Positions 39,454 to 50,315 of a stretch of 64,000 nt of DNA are shown here, in pieces. The notes beneath the pieces are model-generated. The model did not search any database. It was given only the letters and a program-made list of their open reading frames with translations, and was not told the origin of the DNA. The DNA is taken from NCBI GenBank assembly GCA_048938895.1, contig JBHLLU010000001.1, forward strand, positions 32,001-96,000. Reading direction: 5' to 3'. The translations under genes were made by a program, and so were the position numbers. The first letter of the stretch is position 1. Every line of letters starts with the position of its first letter. The DNA is from Promethearchaeota archaeon (GTDB taxonomy: Archaea; Asgardarchaeota; Lokiarchaeia; Sigyniarchaeales; SOKP01).

Positions 39454-39456
39454 GCT

Positions 39457-40053
39457 ATGGAATATGAATTAACTACACCAATATCTGAAGAAGACATTCG
39501 TAAATTACATGTAAACGATGTTATCTATATTACTGGTACGATATTTACAGCGAGGGATGAAGCACACGAAAGAGCTTTAGAATGGTTTAAAGAAGGAAAA
39601 CAACTACCAATTGATCCACTCGGTTTAGCCGTTTTTCATTGTGGCCCTATTGTTCGTAAAGTCGATGAGGGATGGGAGATGGTTGCCGCTGGTCCAACCA
39701 CGAGTACCAGGATGGAGATGTTTGAAGCTGAGTTTATAGAAGCATTTAAACCTCGCGTAATAATCGGAAAAGGAGGCATGGGTTCTAAAACAGCAGCGGC
39801 TATGGAAAAAATTGGGGCTGTATATGGGGCTCATGTCGGTGGAGCAGCCGTATTAGCTGCAAAGGCTGTGAAAAGGATTATCGATGTATCTTGGTTGGAT
39901 CTCGGTATGCCTGAAGCATTATGGATAATGGAGGTTAATCGGTTTGGGCCGTTAATAGTTGCAATAGACACGTATGGCTCTAATTTATATGAAGAAGTTA
40001 AAAGAAATGTAGGACAAAATCAAATAGAAATCTATAAAAAATTAGGATTTTAA
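39457..40053 (+). CDS. Fe-S fumarate hydratase, beta subunit
   Basis: TARDEAH, HCGP, GPTTSTRM, IGKGGM, LGMPEA. Confidence 0.88.
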   Translation: MEYELTTPISEEDIRKLHVNDVIYITGTIFTARDEAHERALEWFKEGKQLPIDPLGLAVFHCGPIVRKVDEGWEMVAAGPTTSTRMEMFEAEFIEAFKPRVIIGKGGMGSKTAAAMEKIGAVYGAHVGGAAVLAAKAVKRIIDVSWLDLGMPEALWIMEVNRFGPLIVAIDTYGSNLYEEVKRNVGQNQIEIYKKLGF

Positions 40054-40057
40054 TAAT

Positions 40058-41635
40058 TTACTTTAATTTTTCACCACGATAAGAAGCTGCAAGCAAATCT
40101 ATAACGTTCATAACCTTAATATCCAAATTTTTGCGTTTAATTCCATCTGCGATTTGTATGAAACAAAAAGAGCAAGAAGTTGCGATCACATCTGGATTAG
40201 GTTCAGTGAGTATATCTAATTTAATATTCGAAATCTCTTCTGAAAGCTCACGTCGACCTGCTCGTACACCTCCTCCTGCTCCACAACACCTATCACTCTG
40301 CTCTACATCGATGAATTCAATTCCAGGGATTAATCTTAATAACATGCGTGGTTCTTCACTGATTTCCTGGTGACGATTTAAATGGCAAGGATCATGATAA
40401 GTAACCTTTATATCAAGAGGTTTTAAATCTTGAATATTTAGATTTTCTACTCCGATTTCTCTAATAAGGTATTCATTAATATCAAATGGTTCAAATTGAT
40501 ATGGTTTTTTACCTAGTTCATGTAAAACCACAGGCCAATCTTGCTTTATTGTGGACATGCATCCGGGGCAGAGACCTGCGAGTTTATTCACTCCAAGTTT
40601 TTCAAAGTATTCTGTGTTTTTTAATACCATTTCATAAGCTACATCTCGTGAACCTGTACGAAAAGCTACACTCGTACAACACACAAAATCTTTCGGGATA
40701 TACACTTGAATGCGATTTCGCTTTAAAACTTCTATAATATTATGACCTATATGTTGAAGTCTTAAATTTATTAAGCAACCAGGGAAAAAAATCAGTTTGT
40801 CAATAGGATCATTCACTTCAATAACATCTGGGACTTGTTCAGTAAATGGTTTATCAGCTACTTCAACTGCGTATCCGGTACTTTTAATCTGGTCAATAAA
40901 ATTTTGGTGTCCCTCTAAGGGACCCATACCACGTTCTACAGCTCTCGCTCGTAAACTTTCTACTGCGTTTCGTCGTGAATCAATATGTTTAGGGACACAA
41001 ACCTCTTTACATATACCACAACTGGTACAATCATAGAGTCCACTGGTTACGGCAATTTGAACTCGATCACCCTCATCTCTAGGATCAAATTCAAAACTTG
41101 CTAATTCACGCATTGCAATAGGTCCAGAATATTCTTGCTTAGCTGATTCTACTGCTGGACAGGCGGCATAACATGAAAAACATTCAATACAAGATCTAAG
41201 GTTCATAGAGGTGGAAACATCTTCTCTTGCAAGTCTTTCTGGTCGATTTGGAGTTGAAGTTCGTTCTAAATAGGGACGAAGTTTTGATAAACGTTTAAAT
41301 CCTGGACCAAGGTCTACGACGAGATCTCGTATAACTGGGAAGTTTGTTAAAGGTTCTAAAATATAATTTTTTATTGGATTTACAATTGTTCGACATGCAA
41401 GACCAGGAGTACCATTAATGTTAATCGCACATGAACCACATTGTCCTGTTCTACAATTCCAACGAAATGCTAATGTGGAATCTAAGTTTTTAAATATATA
41501 TTGCAATACATCTAAAACACCAGTACGATCTGAATAAGGAATATCATAATCAACGAAGTAGGACTCATCATCTAAATCGGGATTAAAACGAAGAATTTTA
41601 AATTTTACTATCTTTTTCTCAACCATTCTTATCAC
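40058..41635 (-). CDS. tfrB: Thiol:fumarate reductase subunit B (SdhB-like Fe-S domain + CCG domains)
   Basis: CRTGQCGSC (2Fe-2S), CIECFSC..C and CTSCGIC..C, then HdrD-like YHDPCHL and CCGAGG. Confidence 0.85.
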   Translation of the reverse strand: MIRMVEKKIVKFKILRFNPDLDDESYFVDYDIPYSDRTGVLDVLQYIFKNLDSTLAFRWNCRTGQCGSCAININGTPGLACRTIVNPIKNYILEPLTNFPVIRDLVVDLGPGFKRLSKLRPYLERTSTPNRPERLAREDVSTSMNLRSCIECFSCYAACPAVESAKQEYSGPIAMRELASFEFDPRDEGDRVQIAVTSGLYDCTSCGICKEVCVPKHIDSRRNAVESLRARAVERGMGPLEGHQNFIDQIKSTGYAVEVADKPFTEQVPDVIEVNDPIDKLIFFPGCLINLRLQHIGHNIIEVLKRNRIQVYIPKDFVCCTSVAFRTGSRDVAYEMVLKNTEYFEKLGVNKLAGLCPGCMSTIKQDWPVVLHELGKKPYQFEPFDINEYLIREIGVENLNIQDLKPLDIKVTYHDPCHLNRHQEISEEPRMLLRLIPGIEFIDVEQSDRCCGAGGGVRAGRRELSEEISNIKLDILTEPNPDVIATSCSFCFIQIADGIKRKNLDIKVMNVIDLLAASYRGEKLK

Positions 41636-41638
41636 TTC

Positions 41639-43348
41639 CTATGTAGAATTGCTTATCCATGGTGGATTCCATTTAGTTATTAATACGGGTGATTTTTCTA
41701 GCACCATTTGCTGATTTTGGTTTTTGATTATAATATTCGAAAGCCAGTTCGCAGGATCTGCTTTTGGATAATCAGTTCGATAATGAGCTCCTCTCGATTC
41801 TTTACGCATTAATGCTGAACGAACAAGCATTTCACATACAATTAACATATCAAACAATTCTAAGGAACTTACCCATTCTGTATTATATCTAGTTGCCTTG
41901 TTTTTCACCATTAATTGATTTACAACTTGATTTTGTTGCTTTTCAATGAAATTTAATGCAAAAGAGAGATCTTCCTCATTTCTGAATATCCCTGCTTTAT
42001 CCCACATTACTTTTTGAAGTTTAGCTTTTTCTTCAGCTGTGGTTAAACCCTCTTCCCTGTCTAAGATAGCTTTAACTCTATTATATTCTTGATCAATAAT
42101 TTTTCTATCAATTCTTGGAACTGAAACGACTGTAGCATGTTTCGATGCATTTCTTCCAGCTATATGTCCAAATACCTGAGTATCAGCAAGAGCATTACCC
42201 CCAAGACGATTCCCTCCATGTATTCCGCCTACAACTTCACCAGCAGCATATAACCCTTTTAAATTTGTTTCTGACTTATTATTAATCTTAATCCCTCCCA
42301 TCATATGATGAGCAGTTGGTGTAACCTCCATTGGCTCCTTTCGAATGTCAATTCCAATATCAAGAAAGTCTTCTAACATTGTTGGGAGTCGTTCTTCTAT
42401 TATTCTAGCTGGGATGAATGAAATATCTAGATATACTGCGTCATTTTCAGTTCCACGTCCTTCCCGGATCTCAGTTGCAATAGATCGAGCAACTTCGTCC
42501 CGACCGGCTAATTCCATTGAAGTAGGATTATATTTCTTCATAAATCGTTGACCATCTTTATTAAGAAGTATTCCTCCTTCTCCCCTAACACCCTCAGTAA
42601 CAAGGCGTCCCCTAGCTGAGGGAGGTATAGCTGCTCCTGTGGGGTGGAATTGGAATTGTTCCATATCAACCAGCTCAACACCAGCCTTATAAGCCATTGA
42701 ATAACCACTCCCTACATCGGCTTGGGCGTTAGTTGTGGTTTCATAGATTCTTCCTGCACCCCCTGCTGCCATTACTATGGCAGAAGCACGAATGGCTTTA
42801 AAATTTCCTGATTTAATATCAACGATTGTAACTCCAGCTACTCGATTATTATCTCTAAGTAGTGAGGTTGCATAAACTTCATCAATAAGCGTAATTTCTC
42901 GTCTTCTTATCTCATCCGTTAAAGTTGCCAAAATTTCATGACCTGTTCTGTCTCCCGCATAACAAGTTCTTCGATAACTCTGATGTCCAAAAGGTCGTTG
43001 CATAATTAAACCGTCTGGAGTTCGAGAAAATATACCACCAAAATTTTCAAGATCATAAACTCGATCTGGTGCCTCTTTCGCAAGGATTTCAACAAGAGTT
43101 TGATCATTTAAATAAGCTCCCGCGTTCACTGTATCATTTGCATGATATTCCCATGTGTCATCAGGATCTAAATTTGCTAAAGCTGCATTATATCCCCCTT
43201 CAGCCATAACTGTGTGAGCCTTCCCTAATACATCTTTAGTAATGATAAGAACATCTTGATTTAGATCAGATGCTGCTATTGCAGCCCGACATCCTGCTCC
43301 TCCTGCTCCTATAATTAAAACATCAGTATCTATGATTTCAAAAGTCAA
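41639..43348 (-). CDS. tfrA: Thiol:fumarate reductase / succinate dehydrogenase flavoprotein subunit
   Basis: IIGAGGAG, AHTVMAEGG, QFHPT, TEGVRGEGG, HGGNRLGGN, ESRGAH; no membrane-anchor genes nearby. Confidence 0.87.
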   Translation of the reverse strand: MTFEIIDTDVLIIGAGGAGCRAAIAASDLNQDVLIITKDVLGKAHTVMAEGGYNAALANLDPDDTWEYHANDTVNAGAYLNDQTLVEILAKEAPDRVYDLENFGGIFSRTPDGLIMQRPFGHQSYRRTCYAGDRTGHEILATLTDEIRRREITLIDEVYATSLLRDNNRVAGVTIVDIKSGNFKAIRASAIVMAAGGAGRIYETTTNAQADVGSGYSMAYKAGVELVDMEQFQFHPTGAAIPPSARGRLVTEGVRGEGGILLNKDGQRFMKKYNPTSMELAGRDEVARSIATEIREGRGTENDAVYLDISFIPARIIEERLPTMLEDFLDIGIDIRKEPMEVTPTAHHMMGGIKINNKSETNLKGLYAAGEVVGGIHGGNRLGGNALADTQVFGHIAGRNASKHATVVSVPRIDRKIIDQEYNRVKAILDREEGLTTAEEKAKLQKVMWDKAGIFRNEEDLSFALNFIEKQQNQVVNQLMVKNKATRYNTEWVSSLELFDMLIVCEMLVRSALMRKESRGAHYRTDYPKADPANWLSNIIIKNQNQQMVLEKSPVLITKWNPPWISNST

Positions 43349-43802
43349 TTTGATGCCCTCCTAAGTTTGTTGTTTTTATAAAATTAACTGGCGAATCAAG
43401 TTCTATTTTTTCAAGATTAAATTCTTTTTTTATTAACTCAACAATATTTTGAGAAACCCAATCATGAGCTTTTTTCTGTCCTAACTCATAATCTTCAGCC
43501 TCAATATTACGATCAATTCTCATAAAAATATTATATGGTTCATCTTCTGAAAATTCTTTTGAAAGTACCCAGAAAGATTTACTTCCTTCAGGAATATCTA
43601 TCGAACCAGTAATTTCATACCATTCTTTAATTGTCATTTTTCCATGTAATTCTTCATCTTTTCTTACCTTCATCATTTGAACATTCTTTAGAGAAGATAC
43701 CCTCTTTAAACTCGTAAGTAACTTTTCACTTGATTCAATTAAATTAAAGTGTATGATTCTGATTCTTAGATATAAATCAGCTCTAAATATCGGCAATATC
43801 AT
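43338..43802 (-). CDS. Hypothetical protein, first gene of the tfr operon
   Basis: 154-aa ORF overlapping the tfrA start; GAAGGT SD-like site. Confidence 0.6.
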   Translation of the reverse strand: MILPIFRADLYLRIRIIHFNLIESSEKLLTSLKRVSSLKNVQMMKVRKDEELHGKMTIKEWYEITGSIDIPEGSKSFWVLSKEFSEDEPYNIFMRIDRNIEAEDYELGQKKAHDWVSQNIVELIKKEFNLEKIELDSPVNFIKTTNLGGHQIDF

Positions 43803-44019
43803 TTACCTTCCTGTTTTTAAATCAAAACCTAGCAAATAATAGTGTTTAAAGTTTAATACCTTTAAAATTTTTTATTTTATTGATAAAATATTTCCATCGA
43901 ACTAGTGTTTTGATTAAAAGACATTGGTTTATATTTGTAGCAATTTTGTTCCAAACTTAATAAAACTTAATACAAAGAAGTATTTTATAATAACAATCGT
44001 ATAAAAGGATGATATAATA

Positions 44020-44373
44020 TTGGAAAACACGCTTAAAAGTTCTGCAGTAAAATGCAAAAAATGTGGCTACCTACAACATAATTCTCATGTAAGATGTTTG
44101 AGTTGTAAATACACCAAATTTGAAACTATTTATCCCTCGGGGAAATGTAAACTTCTAACTTATACTATTTTGACAGCACCACCCGCTGAATTTAGGAAAA
44201 ATCCTTTTTATGCTCTAGGGATTGTTGAATATGAAAACGGTGTAAAGGCTCTTGGACAATTAAGTACTCAAGAAAATTTAAAAACGGGTATGGAACTAAA
44301 ACCTGTATATACTAAAATCTGCGATGATCTAGATGGAAAAGAAATATATAATTTTATTTTTACACCAGATTGA
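44020..44373 (+). CDS. DUF35 Zn-ribbon/OB-fold protein
   Basis: CKKCG...CLSC then GKxKLLTYT..PP.EF..PFYALGIVE. Confidence 0.85.
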   Translation: MENTLKSSAVKCKKCGYLQHNSHVRCLSCKYTKFETIYPSGKCKLLTYTILTAPPAEFRKNPFYALGIVEYENGVKALGQLSTQENLKTGMELKPVYTKICDDLDGKEIYNFIFTPD

Positions 44374-44470
44374 TTCTATCTAAAGAGGTATTAGGAAAAT
44401 GTTTTCTAATAAAGGAATTGAAAAGATTAAAACGAAACTGGAATTTTAATGAAGCTTCTGAATAAAAAAT

Positions 44471-45904
44471 TTATGTTTTGACTCTTTTATTATACTCTGA
44501 TATTTTTCGTAACAAAGGGATGACTTGGAGTGGATCACTAAAAATAGGAACTTTCCTTTCTGCCAGTTTTGCGGCTACTCGTTCTCTATCTTCTGGTCGA
44601 TTTAACCGTTGAATAATTGGAATAACAGGTTTATTATATTTATGCCCTAAACTAAGACTTTCAATTACGATCGATTCAAAAGAATTGCTATATCTTGATC
44701 GTGTAAAAATTGGTGTTAAATAAAAACTGGGCATATCTATTATTAATCCATCGATATTTTTATCTGATAAAGCAAGATTTAAAACATCATATATAAAACT
44801 TTCAAAAAAGAAATGCGCTGCCATATCTAAAGGATTTTTAGGGCTTGTCCCTGGCAAAATGAATTTAGAATTTAGTTTTTCTTGAATATCGGAACTAAAT
44901 TGAGGTAGATTAAATCCATATTTTTCCAATAGATCTATCATAACTACTCCATATCCACCGCTAACGCTTGCCACTGCTAAATTATTAATTTCAAAATTAC
45001 CATAGCAATCGATAAGGTGAGCTGTATGTAAAAGTTGCTCGAGTGAATCAACTTCTATAAGGTTGTATTGTCTAAAGAATGCTTTCCACAACTTATCATT
45101 ACCTGAAATTGAAGCAGTATGGGTTTTAGCTGCTATTGAACCGCTTTTTGATTGACCCCCTTTAAGACATATAATGGGTTTTTTATTTTGCTCTAAAACT
45201 TTCTTAAGAACATCAATTCTACCATTTTTAATTCCTTCTAAATAGCATAGAATTATATCCGTTTCAGGATCTTCACTTAGAAAATAAATTAAATCCACAG
45301 GATCTAAATCTGCTCCATTTCCAAATGAAAACGCTTTAGAATACTTAATTCCAAAAGCTTTTGCCCCATATATTGATATATTACACATCCCACCTGATTG
45401 TGCAACTAATCCTATATTTCCTGCTGTCATTGGGAATTGTGAACGATAGGCTATCCCCAATTTCGGATAATATAAACCCATTCCATTTGGCCCTAAAATT
45501 CTCACTTTACTTTGAGCCCTTCTTAGCAATTCTTGTTCCAATTTTAACCCTTCCTCGGTTCCGGAATCAGAAAAATCAGAACTAAAAATAGTTACAAGTT
45601 TTACTCCTTTTTCAACACAATCATAGATTACATTTAGTACTTGAGAAGCAGGTACTGTAATCCATGCATAATCAATATCTTCTTTGATTTCTTTTAGAGT
45701 AGACGCTATCAAATCCTTACTGAACCCAGGAATTTCTTTTAAAGTGGGATGGACCGCATAAACATTACCCTTGAAACCCTCCGCATGACTCTTATAGAAG
45801 TAATAATCTCTTTTTTTGGAAGGACCAATTACTGCAATAGTTTTAATATCATTGATAAATGAAATATCTTTTACATCTAAATTTGAATGTCCTACTTCAG
45901 TCAT
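44471..45904 (-). CDS. ADP-forming acyl-CoA synthetase alpha-type subunit (CoA-binding)
   Basis: IAVIGPS, RILGPNGMG, AQSGG, GNGAD, YLEG, phospho-His motif AKTHTAS, NPLD. Confidence 0.85.
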   Translation of the reverse strand: MTEVGHSNLDVKDISFINDIKTIAVIGPSKKRDYYFYKSHAEGFKGNVYAVHPTLKEIPGFSKDLIASTLKEIKEDIDYAWITVPASQVLNVIYDCVEKGVKLVTIFSSDFSDSGTEEGLKLEQELLRRAQSKVRILGPNGMGLYYPKLGIAYRSQFPMTAGNIGLVAQSGGMCNISIYGAKAFGIKYSKAFSFGNGADLDPVDLIYFLSEDPETDIILCYLEGIKNGRIDVLKKVLEQNKKPIICLKGGQSKSGSIAAKTHTASISGNDKLWKAFFRQYNLIEVDSLEQLLHTAHLIDCYGNFEINNLAVASVSGGYGVVMIDLLEKYGFNLPQFSSDIQEKLNSKFILPGTSPKNPLDMAAHFFFESFIYDVLNLALSDKNIDGLIIDMPSFYLTPIFTRSRYSNSFESIVIESLSLGHKYNKPVIPIIQRLNRPEDRERVAAKLAERKVPIFSDPLQVIPLLRKISEYNKRVKT

Positions 45905-46205
45905 TACATAGAAAAATAATTTAATCATTTTATTTTTTCATATTTTAACTATTCCAAAAATGTCTATGGTAAACTTTTTATGCGATGGGATAACCAACCC
46001 ACCTTATCTCTTTTTAGTTATAACAAAAAATGAAAAATTTTAAATAAGAAAGCTTCAAATATTAAATTCAACGAAAGCCTTGAAATTGTTTTTCATTTTC
46101 AAGTATGCTTGTCGATGTTCAAAATATTTCATTTTTTCTGCGGAAACCAATGAATTTTAAAGAACAAAAAACAAATTTTTAAAAAAAAAATGAGTTGATA
46201 AAAAA

Positions 46206-48509
46206 ATGAGAAAAAAACAATTACTTGTACTGCTAATAGTCTTCATCTTTTTAAATGTTGCTAGTCTAACTTTCGTAATCAGTGCAAAAGGCGCAACTAA
46301 CAATAACATACCTACTCCTGAAGAATTATATGCTCAAACCCACGATGGTGATTTAGTTGGAATCGATGGTACAGACCGATTTCGAGGTATACCTTTAATA
46401 ACTGATGTGGAACCAGATAAAGGGAATACTTGGACAGTCCCTGTTATAAATGATTGGACTGGTGGATGGGAATGGATGGATTTTGAGTGTGTTTTGAGTG
46501 ATGAACATGCCAATATCTGGATTGGACTCTGGCCCGATGTTTGGGACGGTGGATTCCAAGATTATTATGATCCTGGATTTGAAGGTTTTGAAGATGATAC
46601 TTGGTATTTTGCCTACCCATGGAGTTCAGAAGGAGCCAACGCTACACTATGGGGTGCTCCTGATCCTGATAATGATGGATGGTATATGACACCAGGCTAC
46701 ATGGATTATATCACAGGGCAAGATTTAATGAATGTTATGGAGGAATTTGAAACTAACATCTATGAAACAGATACTGCTTACTTTGGTATGTATGCTGATC
46801 GACCTGGACCATTAGATGATTATAAGATTCAAATCTTAATATTCAATATTCGAGATGGTCTCTATTATGATCCAATTAATGCTGGTTGGTTTACAGCAGG
46901 ATACTTCTGGTCCTTTGCTAGTGAATATAATGACGCAAATATTTTCCACATGGATACCTATCAATGGTGGAGGAGACAAGGGTATCGAGAAGAACCATTG
47001 CCATTTGGACTCAATCCCCTTTCATATGATTATGAGGGCACATTCGCTCATGAATTTCAACATCTTATCCATTATGATGTAGATTCTAATGAATTATCTT
47101 GGGTCAATGAAGGATGCTCAACATTGGCTGAATGGTTATGCGGATATGGTGCTCCGTATGGGCACATAGGAGATTACTTTTTCTATTACTGGGATGTTTC
47201 GTTGGTACTTTGGGGTACCAGTACATTTACAGGTTTAGGTCACTATGGAGTGGATTTCTTGTGGACATTTTATATGTTTGAACATTATGGTGGAGCCGAT
47301 CTCATATGGAATCTTGTTCATGATCAAGCTAATGGAATCGAGGGATGGCAAAATGCGCTCAAATCGATGGGTATATGGAGAACATTCGATCAAATCTTCC
47401 ATGATTGGTCAATTGCAAACTATATAGATGACACATCATTTGGACGGGGTAGATATGGTTATTATGGTATAGATTTTCCCGACGATTCGGATGGAATAAC
47501 TTTACCAATGATGGTGTATTATTGGAACCTTTGGAATCCTTGGCTTGATACATATGTTGAAGAATATCCTAATTATGGATGGGCATATCCGTTTGGAGGC
47601 ACATTACCATATACTCCGAATTATATCGAATTTCACCCCGAAGATAATGGGTTTATGACAGTTGAATTTGATGGGGATGATATTAGTGGTGTTTTAGCTG
47701 TAAGTGGAGATTATAAATGGTATTCTGAAGGAGATGCATGGGCATACTTCAAATTGGGTCAAATATTTGACATACCTGTTGGAGGTGCAACCTTAAATTT
47801 CATGAATTACTTTGATATTGAAACAGATTGGGATTTTGGTTATGTAGAAGTCCACGATCTTGATACAGATGAGTGGTATACGTTGGCCGGTCTAGGCACA
47901 ACAACTTCAATTGGTTATAATTATATGACCGATAATCCAAACTGTCCAGGCGATATGGATGATTGGGGTATTGAACCTACAGCTTATGTCGATGCTGGAA
48001 GATGGAATGCCTTTACAGGTTCAAGCGGTGGTTGGTATGCTGAATCAATGGATCTCTCTACATTTGCAGGGCATCAAATTGAATTATCCTTTACATACTG
48101 GACTGATCCCTATACACTTGGAGCGGGATGGTATCTCGATGATATTGAAATACCTGAACTTGGTTTCTCTGATGATGTCGAAACCGATACTGCTGGATGG
48201 AGTGTAGGTGGTTTGTGGCACAGAGATAATGTAGTTATTCCAAATAACTTTGATGTAAACTTTATAAACATTTTAGAGTTTTACGACTGGCACGGTGAAT
48301 TAAGAGGATCATTCACTACTATAGACCGAATGTGGGTTAATCCAGATACAGAACAAGGTAAAGAATTTATCTTTTTGACTGACAATAAATATTGGTATTC
48401 ATATTCTGTAATGGTGATTGCTAATCAACCTGGGTTTGAACATACATTTGCAGCTGGTTATGAATTTGTCGCTGACAAATTTAATTGGAAATGGTGTTTT
48501 CACTGTTAA
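46206..48509 (+). CDS. Secreted zinc metalloprotease, immune-inhibitor-A/M6-like
   Basis: Basic-hydrophobic signal peptide; HEFQH...WVNEG zincin motif; C-terminal DIETDWDFGYVEV, DLSTFAG, YWTD, GWYLDDI beta-sandwich motifs. Confidence 0.8.
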   Translation: MRKKQLLVLLIVFIFLNVASLTFVISAKGATNNNIPTPEELYAQTHDGDLVGIDGTDRFRGIPLITDVEPDKGNTWTVPVINDWTGGWEWMDFECVLSDEHANIWIGLWPDVWDGGFQDYYDPGFEGFEDDTWYFAYPWSSEGANATLWGAPDPDNDGWYMTPGYMDYITGQDLMNVMEEFETNIYETDTAYFGMYADRPGPLDDYKIQILIFNIRDGLYYDPINAGWFTAGYFWSFASEYNDANIFHMDTYQWWRRQGYREEPLPFGLNPLSYDYEGTFAHEFQHLIHYDVDSNELSWVNEGCSTLAEWLCGYGAPYGHIGDYFFYYWDVSLVLWGTSTFTGLGHYGVDFLWTFYMFEHYGGADLIWNLVHDQANGIEGWQNALKSMGIWRTFDQIFHDWSIANYIDDTSFGRGRYGYYGIDFPDDSDGITLPMMVYYWNLWNPWLDTYVEEYPNYGWAYPFGGTLPYTPNYIEFHPEDNGFMTVEFDGDDISGVLAVSGDYKWYSEGDAWAYFKLGQIFDIPVGGATLNFMNYFDIETDWDFGYVEVHDLDTDEWYTLAGLGTTTSIGYNYMTDNPNCPGDMDDWGIEPTAYVDAGRWNAFTGSSGGWYAESMDLSTFAGHQIELSFTYWTDPYTLGAGWYLDDIEIPELGFSDDVETDTAGWSVGGLWHRDNVVIPNNFDVNFINILEFYDWHGELRGSFTTIDRMWVNPDTEQGKEFIFLTDNKYWYSYSVMVIANQPGFEHTFAAGYEFVADKFNWKWCFHC

Positions 48510-48741
48510 ACCGTGAACCCTTTTAATTAAAAATTATTTAATTTTTTTTTTTTATTTATTTTCTATCCTAGAAGAATTTTTCTTCAAAAGATTATCTTTC
48601 CAATGAAGAGAAATTTTAAAATGACTGAAAGGTTGTTAAGATTTATCTAGCCTTAACATTTTTAGGTAATTGGCTTCATTAAGATAATTAATACATAAAA
48701 TAATTAACAGATAATAATAAAGAAAAAAAATTCCATACATA

Positions 48742-49242
48742 ATGATGATTCAAAATAATGAAAAGAAAGACAGATCAAATCGTTTAGTGAAATTATTCAA
48801 TACCTTTAAAGGGAAGAATTTGAAGGACTTTCCAGTTCCACCTTTCACGAAATGGCTGAATGGTTCGATTGTTAAAGCGGAATATGGGGAAATCGTCTTA
48901 GAATTTGATATTCGGTCAGAAATGGCAAATCCAACGGGTTTATTGCACGGAGGAATGCAATGTGCTTTAATGGATGATACAATTGGGATGATGACAGCGA
49001 CTCTGGGCTATGAGGGATTCCCAATAAGCATTGATTTTCATGTAGATTATCTAGGAAAAGTAAAAGTGGGGGAAAAAGTAAAAGTAATTGGAAAGATGAT
49101 CAGAGAAGGACGAAATATTATACACGCCGTTGCGGAAATTTATGATATAGGTGGAAAGCTTATATCTACAGGGAATTCAAACCTGTTAAAAACGAGTTTT
49201 GTTCCTGAATATATAGAAAAAGCAGATGAGTTTTCAGAATAA
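48742..49242 (+). CDS. PaaI-family hot-dog thioesterase
   Basis: NPTGLLHGG....LMDD. Confidence 0.88.
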   Translation: MMIQNNEKKDRSNRLVKLFNTFKGKNLKDFPVPPFTKWLNGSIVKAEYGEIVLEFDIRSEMANPTGLLHGGMQCALMDDTIGMMTATLGYEGFPISIDFHVDYLGKVKVGEKVKVIGKMIREGRNIIHAVAEIYDIGGKLISTGNSNLLKTSFVPEYIEKADEFSE

Positions 49243-49281
49243 TGAACAATTGGTTAAAACATTTAAAATACATATTAGATT

Positions 49282-50208
49282 ATGGATAAGAAAAATTTGG
49301 AACTCTTATTGGAAGCGCTTAGGAGAAATAACTCTTCAGGGGCCAATGAGATTGTTAAGGAAGCTCTTAAAATTATAAAAGTTCGATTAGATCTAATAGA
49401 AAATTCAAATATGGATATAACTGAAGAAATTCATTTATTACTTAAGAAAATTATTGACACCAGACCCACTATGGCACCTTTAATTAACGTAGTTGGTTTT
49501 CTCCTTAATAATTTAACTATAATAACGAAGAGATCTTTTGAAAACAAAATTAAACAATTACAAAAGAATCAAATTGAGAAAAATAAAGATCTTGAGCGTA
49601 ACTTTAATAAATTTTTACATGAGAGAAAGAAAGACCTGAAAAAAATTATGCTCATATCATATAGTTCAACTATTTTTAACCTTTTAAAAAAGAATAAAGA
49701 TTTTGAATTAGAACTATTTGTTTTAGAATCTAGACCTCTCTTAGAAGGACGAAAAACTGCGAAATTTCTGTCTAAATATTTTAAAACAACTCTTATTATA
49801 GATGCTGCTATGGGAAAATTCCTAGAACAAACTGACTTAGTTCTAATAGGTACTGATAGTATCTTAAGAGATGGCTCAATAATTAACAAGATTGGCTCAT
49901 ATCCTTTAACAGTATTAAGTAAATTAAAAAATATTGATGTCTTTGTTGTAGGAGATTCTCTTAAATACAACCTTAGAAGTCATTATGGTTATGAGATTTT
50001 AATAGAAGAGAAATTGAGTAGCGAAGTTTTTGATATAAATGAAGATACAAATATAGATGTATTGAATTACTATTTTGAAGTAATTCCCTCAGAGTATATC
50101 TCGGGGATAATTTCTGATTTAGGAATACTAAGTATCCAAGAATTTACAGAAAGGGTGAAAAACCTTCTTCCAATCGAGTGGTTTAAATATTTTATAAATG
50201 ATCATTAA
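49282..50208 (+). CDS. eIF-2B alpha/beta/delta-like (ribose-1,5-bisphosphate isomerase family) protein
   Basis: TRPTMA, ISYSST, ESRPLLEG, GTDSI..DGSIINKIGS. Confidence 0.82.
   Translation: MDKKNLELLLEALRRNNSSGANEIVKEALKIIKVRLDLIENSNMDITEEIHLLLKKIIDTRPTMAPLINVVGFLLNNLTIITKRSFENKIKQLQKNQIEKNKDLERNFNKFLHERKKDLKKIMLISYSSTIFNLLKKNKDFELELFVLESRPLLEGRKTAKFLSKYFKTTLIIDAAMGKFLEQTDLVLIGTDSILRDGSIINKIGSYPLTVLSKLKNIDVFVVGDSLKYNLRSHYGYEILIEEKLSSEVFDINEDTNIDVLNYYFEVIPSEYISGIISDLGILSIQEFTERVKNLLPIEWFKYFINDH
50174..50202 (+). repeat. Left copy of a 29-bp direct repeat (27/29 identical; last 22 bp perfect)
   Basis: TCGAGtgGTTTAAATATTTTATAAATGAT, matching 53106-53134. Confidence 0.85.
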
Positions 50209-50315
50209 TCATCCATTTCGCATAAAGAACTACATTCTATTGACTTTATATATCGTCTTCCATTATAAGTAACCTATGAAATATCAAAAGTGGTGAATGA
50301 ATTATAAAAAAAGAA

